Below, in pieces: positions 1-9,386 of a stretch of DNA of 64,000 nt. Position numbers and translations under genes: made by a program. A model generated the notes under the pieces. It did no database searches, was not told the origin of the DNA, and saw only the letters and a program-made list of their open reading frames with translations. The number at the start of each line of letters is the position of its first letter. Within the stretch, counting starts at the first letter, position 1. The DNA comes from Thermodesulfobacteriota bacterium. Its GTDB lineage: Bacteria; Desulfobacterota; Desulfobacteria; Desulfobacterales; C00003060. Location of the stretch: assembly GCA_034189385.1 (NCBI GenBank), contig JAXHVD010000001.1, forward strand, positions 128,001-192,000. The letters run 5' to 3'.

Positions 1-1
1 T

Positions 2-892
2 GCTGCTTTTGTCTCTATTGTCAAAGAGCAGCTCCCTGAAATTCCGGAGGAGAATATCATAGGGGAGCCGGCGCGGCGGGATACGGCTGCTGCAGTGGGT
101 CTTGCGGCGTTCCTATGCCGAAAACGTTATGGCAATCCGGTCATCGTCACGCTCACAGCAGATCACCTCATTGAGCCTGTTCATCTGTTTCGACAGACCT
201 TGCTTTCAGCGGCCCGCAGGGCGTCTGAAGACAATGCCCTTTACACATTTGGCATTGTGCCCACTTATCCGGCCACAGGCTATGGGTATCTAGAACGGGG
301 AGCGCAAATCGGTGATGACGGCGGTATTCAACACTTCCAGCTCCTTCGATTCAAGGAAAAGCCGGATCCAGAAACAGCCAGGAAGTATGTGGAATCGGGC
401 CAATTCTATTGGAACTCGGGCATGTTCGTGTGGACCGCTGATGGGATCATAGCGGAGATAGAGGAGCATCTCCCAGACCACGCCAATGCCCTTTCCACAG
501 CCGTTTCCTTTGATCAGGAGCCCGGCTGGGATGATGCCCTGAAAAAAGCATTTGCTTCCATTCATCGGGTATCCATCGACTTTGCCATTATGGAGAAATC
601 GAAAAAGGTATGTTGCGTGGCATCTGATTTTTCCTGGAATGATGTGGGAGGGTGGCTGGCCCTGAGAAGTTGCCTTCCCAACGACGAAGCGGAAAACTGT
701 TTCAGAGGCCAGGCCATGATGCTGGATTCTTCCAGAAACCTTGTCTTTTGCGAAGACCCTGACGAAACCATCATGCTGGTTGGGGTGGAAGATCTCGTGA
801 TCGTGCGGGCCATGGGGAAGACCCTCATTACACACAAGGACCGGACAGAAGACATCAAGAAGTTGGTCGAGGAGATGAATCAGTCCACCTAG
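2..892 (+). CDS. manC: Mannose-1-phosphate guanylyltransferase (5' end lies outside the window)
   Basis: Frame is open from position 2 (IIGEPARRDTAAA). Motifs TADH, FGIVPTYPATGYGY, FKEKP, WNSGMF, SIDFAIME, WNDVG. Confidence 0.92.
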   Translation, partial: AAFVSIVKEQLPEIPEENIIGEPARRDTAAAVGLAAFLCRKRYGNPVIVTLTADHLIEPVHLFRQTLLSAARRASEDNALYTFGIVPTYPATGYGYLERGAQIGDDGGIQHFQLLRFKEKPDPETARKYVESGQFYWNSGMFVWTADGIIAEIEEHLPDHANALSTAVSFDQEPGWDDALKKAFASIHRVSIDFAIMEKSKKVCCVASDFSWNDVGGWLALRSCLPNDEAENCFRGQAMMLDSSRNLVFCEDPDETIMLVGVEDLVIVRAMGKTLITHKDRTEDIKKLVEEMNQST

Positions 893-995
893 TTGTTCCC
901 TGGTAGCCGCAGCCTAGTGAGAGCATCTCAAGGGTGTCGGGGCCTATCGTCTCTGCCTCTTGCCTACTCGACATGAAGAACGTCATTGCGGCAGC

Positions 996-1853
996 CTACC
1001 GCTGGCCTGTCTGAGCCCTCCTTGCCGCCTCCTTAGCCTCTTTTTTTGCCTTTTCTTTGTAGGCCTCACGGACTCCATCTTTAAGTTTGATCTTGTCTGC
1101 TCCAAAAAGGGCACTTTGGAGCCAGTCCAAGCCAAATTTGAGCAAGGCAACTTCGTCAGCCTGGATTCTTTTCAGCACGTCATTGTCCGCCTCATACTTG
1201 TCCAAGAAGCTGCTCTCAAATACGAAGCGCCTCAGCCTTTCCACATTGTAGCTCACCATGAAAAACATGTTCCGGCTTTCTTCACTCATTTCCGCCTGAA
1301 AGGCAAAGGACTTCTTCCTTAGCATGAACTCCATCCAGTCCTTGTTGACCTCATCATAGAGCTCAGCGCCTTGATCCTTTCGCCATTCACCGACCGTCCA
1401 CTCCCTTTCTGATTCAAAACCAAGGCAGTGGTGCTCCCTTACCATAAAGTAGAAATCCTCTCCGGTGGGCTGAATCTCTTGTTCTCTGAACGAGGCCATG
1501 CCCAGTGGATAATACCGGCAGGTTACGGGGCGGTCTTCATATATGGTGCACCCCTCTGGAGTGAGAAAGGGGCAGGATTTCTTCTCATCGTCAATCATTT
1601 TGAGCGTGACCACCGGCAGTTGGGTCCTCGACAGCATTTGGGGCTTGGTATATATAGCCAAGAACTGGTCAGAGGTCAGTTCCAACCTATTCTTCATCCG
1701 GATAACGTCATAGGGGGTCAAGATCAAATTGAGGTCGCTGCAACAGTGGGTATAACACTCCTTGCCCTTATGGCAGGCGAACTGAAAGTGGCTGTCCAGT
1801 CTGTATTTTCGCGGCTCAATCCCGTCCTGATACCTTTGCCTGGCGTTGTTCAT
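996..1853 (-). CDS. YkgJ/CxxCxxCC family Cys-cluster (Fe-S or Zn) protein, paralog 1
   Basis: FQFACHKGKECYTHCC...LTPYD...CPFL...GCTIYEDRPVTCRYYP...HCLG. Confidence 0.88.
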   Translation of the reverse strand: MNNARQRYQDGIEPRKYRLDSHFQFACHKGKECYTHCCSDLNLILTPYDVIRMKNRLELTSDQFLAIYTKPQMLSRTQLPVVTLKMIDDEKKSCPFLTPEGCTIYEDRPVTCRYYPLGMASFREQEIQPTGEDFYFMVREHHCLGFESEREWTVGEWRKDQGAELYDEVNKDWMEFMLRKKSFAFQAEMSEESRNMFFMVSYNVERLRRFVFESSFLDKYEADNDVLKRIQADEVALLKFGLDWLQSALFGADKIKLKDGVREAYKEKAKKEAKEAARRAQTGQR

Positions 1854-2133
1854 CGCAAATCCTCTCCTTGCCTAGAAACACCGTTGCCAGAAACCAGTCG
1901 TTTGTCCCGAGGCTGGTTCCAGTTCTGCCAGATTTCTGCCGACAACTAATACCATCAGAGGTCGGAGTGTCAATCCCTATTTGACCTCCCAGGTGCCCAT
2001 ATCCGCGTTTATTGCGCGCCATCATGGCTGGCGATGTTTGGCGGCCCAAAGTGCGATGGGCCTTGGAAACGATTGACTTTTGAGAATACGGTACTATTTT
2101 GGAGGGTAACTAACAAAACTTGGGAGGTCGAAT

Positions 2134-2805
2134 ATGGCCATTATTACGAGGGAAGACGTATACAACAAGATGGTTCATGAAGAAAAGCCAGTGTGCCCCC
2201 ATTGCGGCCAAGAGATGGTCATATGGGAGTGCCCGCCCGTCTGCTTTTCCGACGGCTTGGGCTGGGGGACCCCCTATTTGTATGTATGTTTCAATAACGA
2301 TTGTCCTCTCTATCTTGAAGGATGGAAAAACGTCATGGACCACTATGCAACAGCTGCCTCGTACCGATGTATATGTGACCCCATGTCACGGAGAATGGAT
2401 TCCATGGTCGTTTACAGCCGTGAAGGGGCTTCGGGGTACGTCATTGATGAAGAGATCAGGGCCAGGGAGGAGGCGCGGAGAGCCGCTGAGGGAAAAGCCC
2501 TAAAAGAGCTCGATGCCCACTTTGAGGCCAAGGATGTCAATGCCATCCTTCAAGTTCTTTTGGGCGACGACACCCTGCCACCGGTTGGATTTAGGGCGGC
2601 TGAACTGATAGGGGAAATCGGGGGCCTGGAAGTCATCGAGCCCATCCGAAATCATCATTTTGAAAATGAACGGGTTAAGGCAAAGACTCAGGAGAGCATT
2701 GATCTGATCCACAAGAAGCATTATACCAAAGAATGTCCTTTCTGTGCCGAGATCATCAAGGCAAGAGCGGTTGTGTGCAAATACTGCCACAAGGACTTGA
2801 CGTAA
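2134..2805 (+). CDS. Conserved hypothetical protein with N- and C-terminal zinc ribbons and a central HEAT-like helical region
   Basis: CPHC...CFNNDC at the N-terminus, RAAELIGEIGG helical repeat, CPFC..CKYC at the C-terminus; RBS GGAGG. Confidence 0.8.
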   Translation: MAIITREDVYNKMVHEEKPVCPHCGQEMVIWECPPVCFSDGLGWGTPYLYVCFNNDCPLYLEGWKNVMDHYATAASYRCICDPMSRRMDSMVVYSREGASGYVIDEEIRAREEARRAAEGKALKELDAHFEAKDVNAILQVLLGDDTLPPVGFRAAELIGEIGGLEVIEPIRNHHFENERVKAKTQESIDLIHKKHYTKECPFCAEIIKARAVVCKYCHKDLT

Positions 2806-2824
2806 GCCCCGTCGCCCATCTGTT

Positions 2825-3373
2825 CTACCGGGTTTTCAGTTTTCGTTGGACGTTGATGTTCATCTCATCGTAGGAGCGGAAGATGAGCTTTTCCCGTTCC
2901 AGCTTCTCTTGGGGAAAGGGCTGAGGTTCCATATCCTGCATGGTCTTGACGCCTTCCTCCTTGGAGGGAATAGCCTCTGTGCCATGGCCTATTAGCTCGC
3001 CGGTAACGGTATCCAGCACATCTGCATCCTTTCCATCTGTTACCACTGAAAGCGGGATTTGATAGGTGTCCAGCAACCTTGCTGAAGCCAAGGTCTCCCT
3101 GTGCCTTGTTCCCAGGGATCCCGGTACGCACCTGAGGACCATGTACCGCTTGTCGTCAACGCGTACCACGAGATCCACATGGGAGTGGATGACCTGGTCT
3201 TTAATGTTGAACTTAAGGTCTGCATCGACCTCAATATCATCCCTGTCATACCCCTTTTTTTTAACCAGAAGGCGTTCAATCTGCTGTCGATTTTCTTCTG
3301 CCCCGATGTTTGGCACCTTCTTACCGGTGACAAAATCTGTGAGCATTGTGTAAGGTTTGGGTTGGTCTAGCAT
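2825..3373 (-). CDS. Stand-alone HsdR_N-like (type I restriction R subunit N-terminal fold) protein
   Basis: EENRQ...KKGY..DIEVD...VDLVV...VVTDG pattern; start set at the ATG after AAGGAGG. Confidence 0.7.
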   Translation of the reverse strand: MLDQPKPYTMLTDFVTGKKVPNIGAEENRQQIERLLVKKKGYDRDDIEVDADLKFNIKDQVIHSHVDLVVRVDDKRYMVLRCVPGSLGTRHRETLASARLLDTYQIPLSVVTDGKDADVLDTVTGELIGHGTEAIPSKEEGVKTMQDMEPQPFPQEKLEREKLIFRSYDEMNINVQRKLKTR

Positions 3374-3455
3374 GTTTTCCTCCTTGTTCACCTGTAGACT
3401 GAAAGCTCAAAGTACCAGGGGCAGTATCCAAGAATTAAAGATTGGAAGGATTTCG

Positions 3456-4487
3456 TCACTTCTTTGAGCGTTGAGCTTGTCCCCTCGGACCCAGACCGCT
3501 GACCTCCTCCTTCAACAGACAACAGGCAATCTGATATGTTGGCCTGCCCTTGTCATCATAGCTCAGGTTTCCTGGCTGAACAAGCTTGTTAAGTACACAA
3601 CCTTCCGGAATTGAAAGCTGAAAGAGATTTGATTCGTTTATGGGAGGCTGTGGCGCGAGCCTATTTTTTTTAAAGGCATAGGAATGAAGGGGGAAGTCCT
3701 CGCATAGAGGGCACTGATACACCCTGCCATTGGGAAAGACAAAGTAGTTTTCTGCAACCAGAGCCGCACATTCAAAGTGATCCGACTTGCGCAAGAAGAC
3801 CTTTGGGTAGGTCACATGTATGCCGAATTCGCTTGCTTGAGCTGCCACCTTAGGGACCACAGTGGTCCACTCCTTTCTAGTGAGCTGAAGCTTGTGGCTT
3901 TGTTCCTGGGCTGATCTGCCCCTGATTCCAATGACCTGGATGAAGAATCTATTGATGCCTAGGGTCTTGAGGAGCGTCGGCATGTGCTTCAAGTCGCCGA
4001 TATTGAGCTGGCTCACTGTGTAGATGAGGCTTACCTTAAACCCCCTGGCAAGGGCTTCTTGTATGCCGGCGACACACTTGTCGTAGCTGCCTTTGCCGCG
4101 AATGGAGTCGTTGACTTCTTTGCATGATCCGTCCAGACCTACACTGAAATAATCCACCTCCTCAGGGCCCACCTTTTCAAGAATGCGGTTGAAGAAAAAC
4201 CCGTTTGTGTCCACAGTGATTGAAGCATACCCCATCTTTCTGGCGGCCTTGATCAGAAGGTCAAGGTCGGGATGTAGGGTCGGTTCTCCGCCTATGAAAA
4301 TAAGATTGGACTCCCGGTCTTTGTGAAGGAGTTCTTTCAACCACGCCCTTACTGTATTCGTAGGCAGAGTATTCTTTCCGTGCTGGGCAGGATTGATATA
4401 GCAGTGCCTGCACCTGAGATTGCAGCGGGTGAGTATGTGAAAGAACACATTTCTGGCATTCTTCTGAAAGGCGACTGTCTTTACCAT
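3456..4487 (-). CDS. Radical SAM protein with Cys-rich (twitch/SPASM-like) C-terminus
   Basis: CNLRCRHC (CxxxCxxC), GGEP, DTNG, GLDG; C-terminal C...PNGRVYQCPLC...C...CC. Confidence 0.9.
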   Translation of the reverse strand: MVKTVAFQKNARNVFFHILTRCNLRCRHCYINPAQHGKNTLPTNTVRAWLKELLHKDRESNLIFIGGEPTLHPDLDLLIKAARKMGYASITVDTNGFFFNRILEKVGPEEVDYFSVGLDGSCKEVNDSIRGKGSYDKCVAGIQEALARGFKVSLIYTVSQLNIGDLKHMPTLLKTLGINRFFIQVIGIRGRSAQEQSHKLQLTRKEWTTVVPKVAAQASEFGIHVTYPKVFLRKSDHFECAALVAENYFVFPNGRVYQCPLCEDFPLHSYAFKKNRLAPQPPINESNLFQLSIPEGCVLNKLVQPGNLSYDDKGRPTYQIACCLLKEEVSGLGPRGQAQRSKK

Positions 4488-4651
4488 AAAAAAGCGTCCC
4501 GAATACCTTCCTCCCGTAGTCCCTGCAGCCTATTAACATCAACAGATCAAACAGGCAAGGGCCAAAGAAGAAGCTTGCCTTCAAAGTCTGTTTCTTTTAG
4601 CCTAGTGATCCGTGCAGCAGTCATTGCAGCCTCGCCACCCGGACGTTATAG

Positions 4652-5434
4652 ATGAAATATATAGACTTAGAAGCCCATAAGGACACACTGGCAAAGAGAC
4701 TTCAAGTTGGCGAACGCTTTTCATTTCGGTGCCACGAAGGTCTGTCGTGCTTCACAAAATGCTGTCGAAACTTGAACTTGTTCTTGTATCCTTATGATGT
4801 GCTTAGGCTGAAGCAGGGGCTTCACATGCATTCCGATCGGTTTCTCGACACGCATGTAGATGTGGTGTTGCGGGAATCCAACTATTTTCCAGATGTCTTG
4901 TTACGGATGGCGGAAAACGAGGAGAGGACTTGCCCTTTCTTAGGGGAGTCGGGATGCACGGTTTATGCGGATCGTCCCGATACCTGTCGTACTTTTCCAC
5001 TAGAACAGGGCATTTTATTTCAGGGGCCGAAAGGCAAGGCAAGGGATGTGTATTTTTTCAAGCCCCCGAATTTTTGCCTCGGACAACATGAGACACAAGA
5101 ATGGACAACCGAAAGTTGGGCAGAGGATCAAGAAGCGGTTACGTATCACAAAATGACCGCCAGTTGGGCAGGAATAAAGGGACTATTTCAGTCCGATCCT
5201 TGGGGCGCTGAAGGGCCTTACGGCCCTAAGGCAAAGATGGCCTTCATGGCTACCTATAACCTAGACCGATTCCGGGATTTTGTTTTCAAGAGCACTTTCT
5301 TGAAACGTTACAAGATAAAGAAAGAGATCCTGAAAAGAATCAAGGAAGACGATGTGGAGTTGATGAAGTTCGGTTTTGGCTGGGTGAGATTCTTTGTTTG
5401 GGGACTGAAAACCCCATACTTGAGGTTACGATGA
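4652..5434 (+). CDS. YkgJ/CxxCxxCC family Cys-cluster protein, paralog 2
   Basis: FSFRCHEGLSCFTKCC...LYPYD...CPFL...GCTVYADRPDTCRTFP...FCLG. Confidence 0.88.
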   Translation: MKYIDLEAHKDTLAKRLQVGERFSFRCHEGLSCFTKCCRNLNLFLYPYDVLRLKQGLHMHSDRFLDTHVDVVLRESNYFPDVLLRMAENEERTCPFLGESGCTVYADRPDTCRTFPLEQGILFQGPKGKARDVYFFKPPNFCLGQHETQEWTTESWAEDQEAVTYHKMTASWAGIKGLFQSDPWGAEGPYGPKAKMAFMATYNLDRFRDFVFKSTFLKRYKIKKEILKRIKEDDVELMKFGFGWVRFFVWGLKTPYLRLR

Positions 5435-5531
5435 GGTCCAGGGTTCAGCCTTTTGAAGTACCACCTGAAGTGTTCAATCTTGTCAAGGCCAAGCCCTGTG
5501 TCTGGCATTGCCCTTGGGTATCGCTGGGGGG

Positions 5532-6032
5532 CTAATCACCCAAGGCATGTTCAGCAAGGATGGTGCCCCGCAGATAATCATTTTGAGGATCGGCAAAGAA
5601 TTTTTTGAAAAGGTCCAGACTCTGTTGTCTTTGGACCCCTGGAAGGACCTCAATTTCCATGTCTTGGTAAAAAGGGGTGAGGCTTTTTAAGTCCACCTTT
5701 GTTCCTCCGCCCAGCACGTCTTCATAGGCATAGACAATGCGCCTTATCCCGTTTACGATAAGGGCGGAGTAGCACATGAGGCAGGGTTCCAAAGTGGAAA
5801 ACACAGCCACCCTTTCTCTTCGGACACTCCCTCCCATGTCCACGAGTCGCCTCAAAGCCAGGATTTCGGCATGATCCAGTTCATTGCGCTGTGCAGTAGT
5901 GCTGTGATGGCGACTTCCGGTGACAAGGACCCTGTTTTCATAGGCCATGACACAGCCCACAGGAAACTCTCCTCTGTCGAGGGCCTGGCGGGCTTGTTCA
6001 AGGGCCTGTTCCATAAAGAATGTATCGTCCAT
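5532..6032 (-). CDS. Zn-dependent nucleoside/tRNA deaminase (TadA/CDA superfamily)
   Basis: GEFPVGC, HAE, STLEPCLMC; start at the ATG after AAAGGAGG. Confidence 0.88.
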   Translation of the reverse strand: MDDTFFMEQALEQARQALDRGEFPVGCVMAYENRVLVTGSRHHSTTAQRNELDHAEILALRRLVDMGGSVRRERVAVFSTLEPCLMCYSALIVNGIRRIVYAYEDVLGGGTKVDLKSLTPFYQDMEIEVLPGVQRQQSLDLFKKFFADPQNDYLRGTILAEHALGD

Positions 6033-6416
6033 TTCAGATCCTCCTTTCCAGTTTGGCGTCCATTGTTGGGGACCGGTAGAATGTGCATACAAATTAAACC
6101 TAACGCATGAGGGAACATGAAGTAAAGTGGCAAAAGGCCCGTGGGGGTGGCCTGGAGTTTTGAACGTAATGGGCGGATTCTCAAGGGCTTCATTTTAAGA
6201 CTGTATTTGTGTCTCTTGTAAATGGTCTATTCCGGAAAGCGGGAGGGAATCGAAGCACATCAGACGCTCTGGCGGACCTGCTTTGTGGCTCATGGGACAC
6301 ATTGTCAAACTGGAGTCTTTACAGAGTTGTGTTCTTGTGCGATAAGAGAACAGTTTTCCTCCACAGCACCATGTACAGTCGGCGTTTTGCATTGGGCCGG
6401 AAAGGAGTCTTGACGA

Positions 6417-7514
6417 ATGGGCCGGTCGGAGACCTTGAGAAAACTATCATTTCATGCCTTGCCGACCTTGCGTGAGGAGACAGAAGCATGGGAGCGGGAG
6501 TATCTGTCCCCTTTTGCCTGCTTGAGCAGTCAGTCCCGGGGCAGGGTGACCTATGAAGAACCTTGTTCTATCCGCACGGAGTTTCAAAGGGACCGTGATC
6601 GCATTGTCTATTCAAATGCCTTTAGGCGCCTCAAGCACAAGACGCAAGTGTTTCTCTCTCCCTTGGGAGATCACTATCGCACGCGGCTTACGCACACCCT
6701 GGAGGTCTCTGAGATTGCACGCACCATGGCCCGAGCACTGAGACTAAATGAGGATTTGGCCGAAGCCATCGCCCTGGGACATGACATGGGACATACACCC
6801 TTCGGGCACGGTGGCGAAGTGGTGATAAAGGAGATATATTCGAGCACATTCTCGCACCCTGAACAGAGTGTGAGAGTTGTGGATGTCCTGGAAAACCACG
6901 GCAGAGGTCTGAACCTGACGTTTGAGGTCCGAGATGGGATCTTAAAGCATTCCAAGGGGTATGGTGCAGTACTGCTTGAACAGTCCAATGAGATGCCTGT
7001 CACCGTGGAGGGTCGGGTGGTGCGTTTTGCTGACATCATGGGCTATCTCAACCATGACCTTGACGACGCCATCCGCAGCGGAGTCATTCAATGGGGGCAG
7101 ATTCCGAAACAATGCACGAAGGTCTTAGGGCATTCCCATTCTGAGCGTGTCAGATGCATGATAAGCGATCTTGTGACGTCCACGCGGGTTGAAGATGGAA
7201 AGATGCATCTGGCTCTGAGTCAATCGGTTTCAGAGGCAATGGGAGTACTCAGGCAGTTTCTCTATGAGAATGTTTACAGATCTGATCAGGTACACGGAGA
7301 ATTTGTAAAGGCAAAGAAGATCCTCTCGGAGTTGTACCACTATTTTTTAGAAAACCCGAAGGCGCTTGAAGAAGAACTCAAGAAGATGGAGATGGGCAAC
7401 TTTCCTTCGGGCACAAGCCAGGAACGGAAAGTCTGTGACTTTGTTGCCAGCATGACCGACCGCTATGCCCTGAATCTATACAAAGAAATCTTTTTCCCGA
7501 CGCCATTGGTTTGA
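6417..7514 (+). CDS. dgt: Deoxyguanosinetriphosphate triphosphohydrolase (HD family)
   Basis: FQRDRDRI..S.AFRRLKHKTQV, RTRLTHTLEV, GHDMGHTPFGHGGE, DFVASMTDRYA. Confidence 0.93.
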   Translation: MGRSETLRKLSFHALPTLREETEAWEREYLSPFACLSSQSRGRVTYEEPCSIRTEFQRDRDRIVYSNAFRRLKHKTQVFLSPLGDHYRTRLTHTLEVSEIARTMARALRLNEDLAEAIALGHDMGHTPFGHGGEVVIKEIYSSTFSHPEQSVRVVDVLENHGRGLNLTFEVRDGILKHSKGYGAVLLEQSNEMPVTVEGRVVRFADIMGYLNHDLDDAIRSGVIQWGQIPKQCTKVLGHSHSERVRCMISDLVTSTRVEDGKMHLALSQSVSEAMGVLRQFLYENVYRSDQVHGEFVKAKKILSELYHYFLENPKALEEELKKMEMGNFPSGTSQERKVCDFVASMTDRYALNLYKEIFFPTPLV

Positions 7515-7527
7515 TGGAGGAGTGCTT

Positions 7528-7779
7528 ATGGAAGAACCGCGATTCATCCCCTATGAAGAGGCCCGCCAGATCGTGGCCGAGGTGGTGGAAATGGAACACC
7601 CCAGGGAAGACGGGAAGCGGATTTTTAGTGTTTATGATCACAAAGGCCGATCCATCTGTTGGTTTGATGCTGATGAGGTAGAGGCGGAGATAGATGCAAA
7701 GGAGTTTACAGAGATAAAGGACCATATTCTCCATTTCATCCCAGAATGGGCCGTTTCCTCTGCCTCTGAGGATTCCTAG
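7528..7779 (+). CDS. Small conserved hypothetical protein
   Basis: RBS GGAGG, directly after dgt, protein-like composition. Confidence 0.65.
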   Translation: MEEPRFIPYEEARQIVAEVVEMEHPREDGKRIFSVYDHKGRSICWFDADEVEAEIDAKEFTEIKDHILHFIPEWAVSSASEDS

Positions 7780-7963
7780 TTGGTTTCTATCCATCAGTGG
7801 CTTTTTCTCCTGAGCGGCCGTGAGCGGCCGGCTCCTCGGATCTCAGGCCGACCCTCCTTCACGTTCGCCTACCCCAACTTTTTTGCTTGAGTGTACCTGT
7901 TGTTCCTACAATGGGGAATCGGCGCCAGTGCCCTATTCCTTGTGGGGCATTCCTGGGTGGGCC

Positions 7964-8995
7964 TTACTTGGCAGGCGGCTTGAGATTTGCCGTTCCTAAA
8001 GGAGACTTTAGCGTCCCTTCCACACATACCGGTTGCGGGATCAGATTTTGGGTCAGCATGATTCTTTCTGTCTGGGCCCAAGCCGCCACATCGATGCTCC
8101 CTATTACTGTTTCTGGAGAGGGTTTTACAAGTATCTTGGTGGCGGCGAGTTGTTTCCTGATAAGATTAACGGGCGTATCGTTGTCAAATTGTTGCGTGGT
8201 CTCCACTGCCTCTTCTTTGTTTGCTGGATCGAGGGCCACTTGCCAACCCTGGAGGAGGGCCTGGACGAATGCTTTGATGAGTTGGGGGCGTTCATTCCAC
8301 AAAGCCTCTGTGGTAATCACGGCGTTAGCCACAAATCGGACGCCCAGGGCGTCAGGGTTGACGAAGCCCACGAGTTCCCCACCCTTCCGGAGTTTCTCTC
8401 CGATGACCACCCCCTCAGCATTCTGATAGACGGGCCAGAGATCGACCTCGCCGTTGTAAAAGGGTGTATAATCGTATCGAACACTGTACAATCGGACCTC
8501 GTCATTTGAGATTTGGTGCTTGCTAAGAAGGGCCCGCATGATGGTCTCATCGTTACCACCGTACGTGATTCCAATGGTCTTTCCCCTCAAGTCGCGGGCG
8601 GCGTTGAAAGAAGTCCTTTCTGGTCTGTAGATCCATTGGAGAGGATTTGCCTGAAATACCTGGGCAATGACCACAATGGGGGCCCCTTTTGATAGCGCCC
8701 GGATCACTTGATCTGCTGAAGCAACGCCAAACTGGGCATGGCCTAGTTCCAACTCCTTGATAGCGTCTCGTTCGGGTCCCCCCTCCTTGAGTGTCACTCG
8801 TAGTCCATGATCTTGAAAAATGCCGTGCTCGTGGGCGTAAAGACTACCTGCAACGCTCACGTTAAAGAGCCATTTTAGCCGGTAGGTCACATCTTCAAGG
8901 TCTGTGGTCGCCTTTTTTCCGCAGCCGTGGAAGGTGAATGCGATGGCCACACAGGCGGGGACAAGCAGGCGTCCCCATACTCTTTGACGCAGCAA
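7964..8995 (-). CDS. ABC transporter substrate-binding lipoprotein, NMT1/THI5 family
   Basis: RLKWLFN...G.F...GL.VTLKEGG, FGVASAD, DLRGKTIG; lipobox-like FHGC. Start moved to TTG at 8995 after AGAGGT. Confidence 0.85.
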   Translation of the reverse strand: MLRQRVWGRLLVPACVAIAFTFHGCGKKATTDLEDVTYRLKWLFNVSVAGSLYAHEHGIFQDHGLRVTLKEGGPERDAIKELELGHAQFGVASADQVIRALSKGAPIVVIAQVFQANPLQWIYRPERTSFNAARDLRGKTIGITYGGNDETIMRALLSKHQISNDEVRLYSVRYDYTPFYNGEVDLWPVYQNAEGVVIGEKLRKGGELVGFVNPDALGVRFVANAVITTEALWNERPQLIKAFVQALLQGWQVALDPANKEEAVETTQQFDNDTPVNLIRKQLAATKILVKPSPETVIGSIDVAAWAQTERIMLTQNLIPQPVCVEGTLKSPLGTANLKPPAK

Positions 8996-9341
8996 GGCGC
9001 ACCTCTTCTTGAGAAATTGGGTTAAACTAGATCCTTGTCCACTCCCCCTTTTTCGTTTGGGCGACAGCTGGCAAGAACAAGACCCCGCTGTTGGAGCAAG
9101 AAGCAGGGTTTTGTCATTCAACACAGATTTCGAAAGCTGTAATGACCAGGGCAGGGGGATTCTCGTCCGGACTGGAAGGCCGAAGCCCGGACGTCCATTA
9201 CAATGGGGATTCGGCTCTGAGGGGTGATATTTGCAGCACAAGCGTGCCTACATTTCTGGAGGACATAATGGCGGGACCCTCAGAGCCGAAAGTCGTTCAC
9301 CTATCCGATCACTTCTTGGCGCATCCCTGTGTGCATGCCAT

Positions 9342-9386
9342 AAACACAAAAAGGCCCCTTTGCTATAAACTCCGGCAAAAAGACCT
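9342..9386 (-). terminator. Intrinsic terminator-like hairpin inside the leader of the binding-protein gene
   Basis: Minus strand AGGTCTTTTTGC-N11-GCAAAGGGGCCT (with G-U pairs) followed by TTTTGTGTTT. Confidence 0.55.

Noticed and set aside
2825..7514. Anti-phage defence island (HsdR_N, deaminase, dGTPase)
   Set aside because: The HsdR_N protein lacks catalytic residues, the dGTPase is the short housekeeping type, and there are no mobility genes nearby.
8996..9241. 82-aa N-terminal extension of the ABC binding protein in the ORF track
   Set aside because: Not protein-like; the signal peptide and RBS fit a start at 8995.
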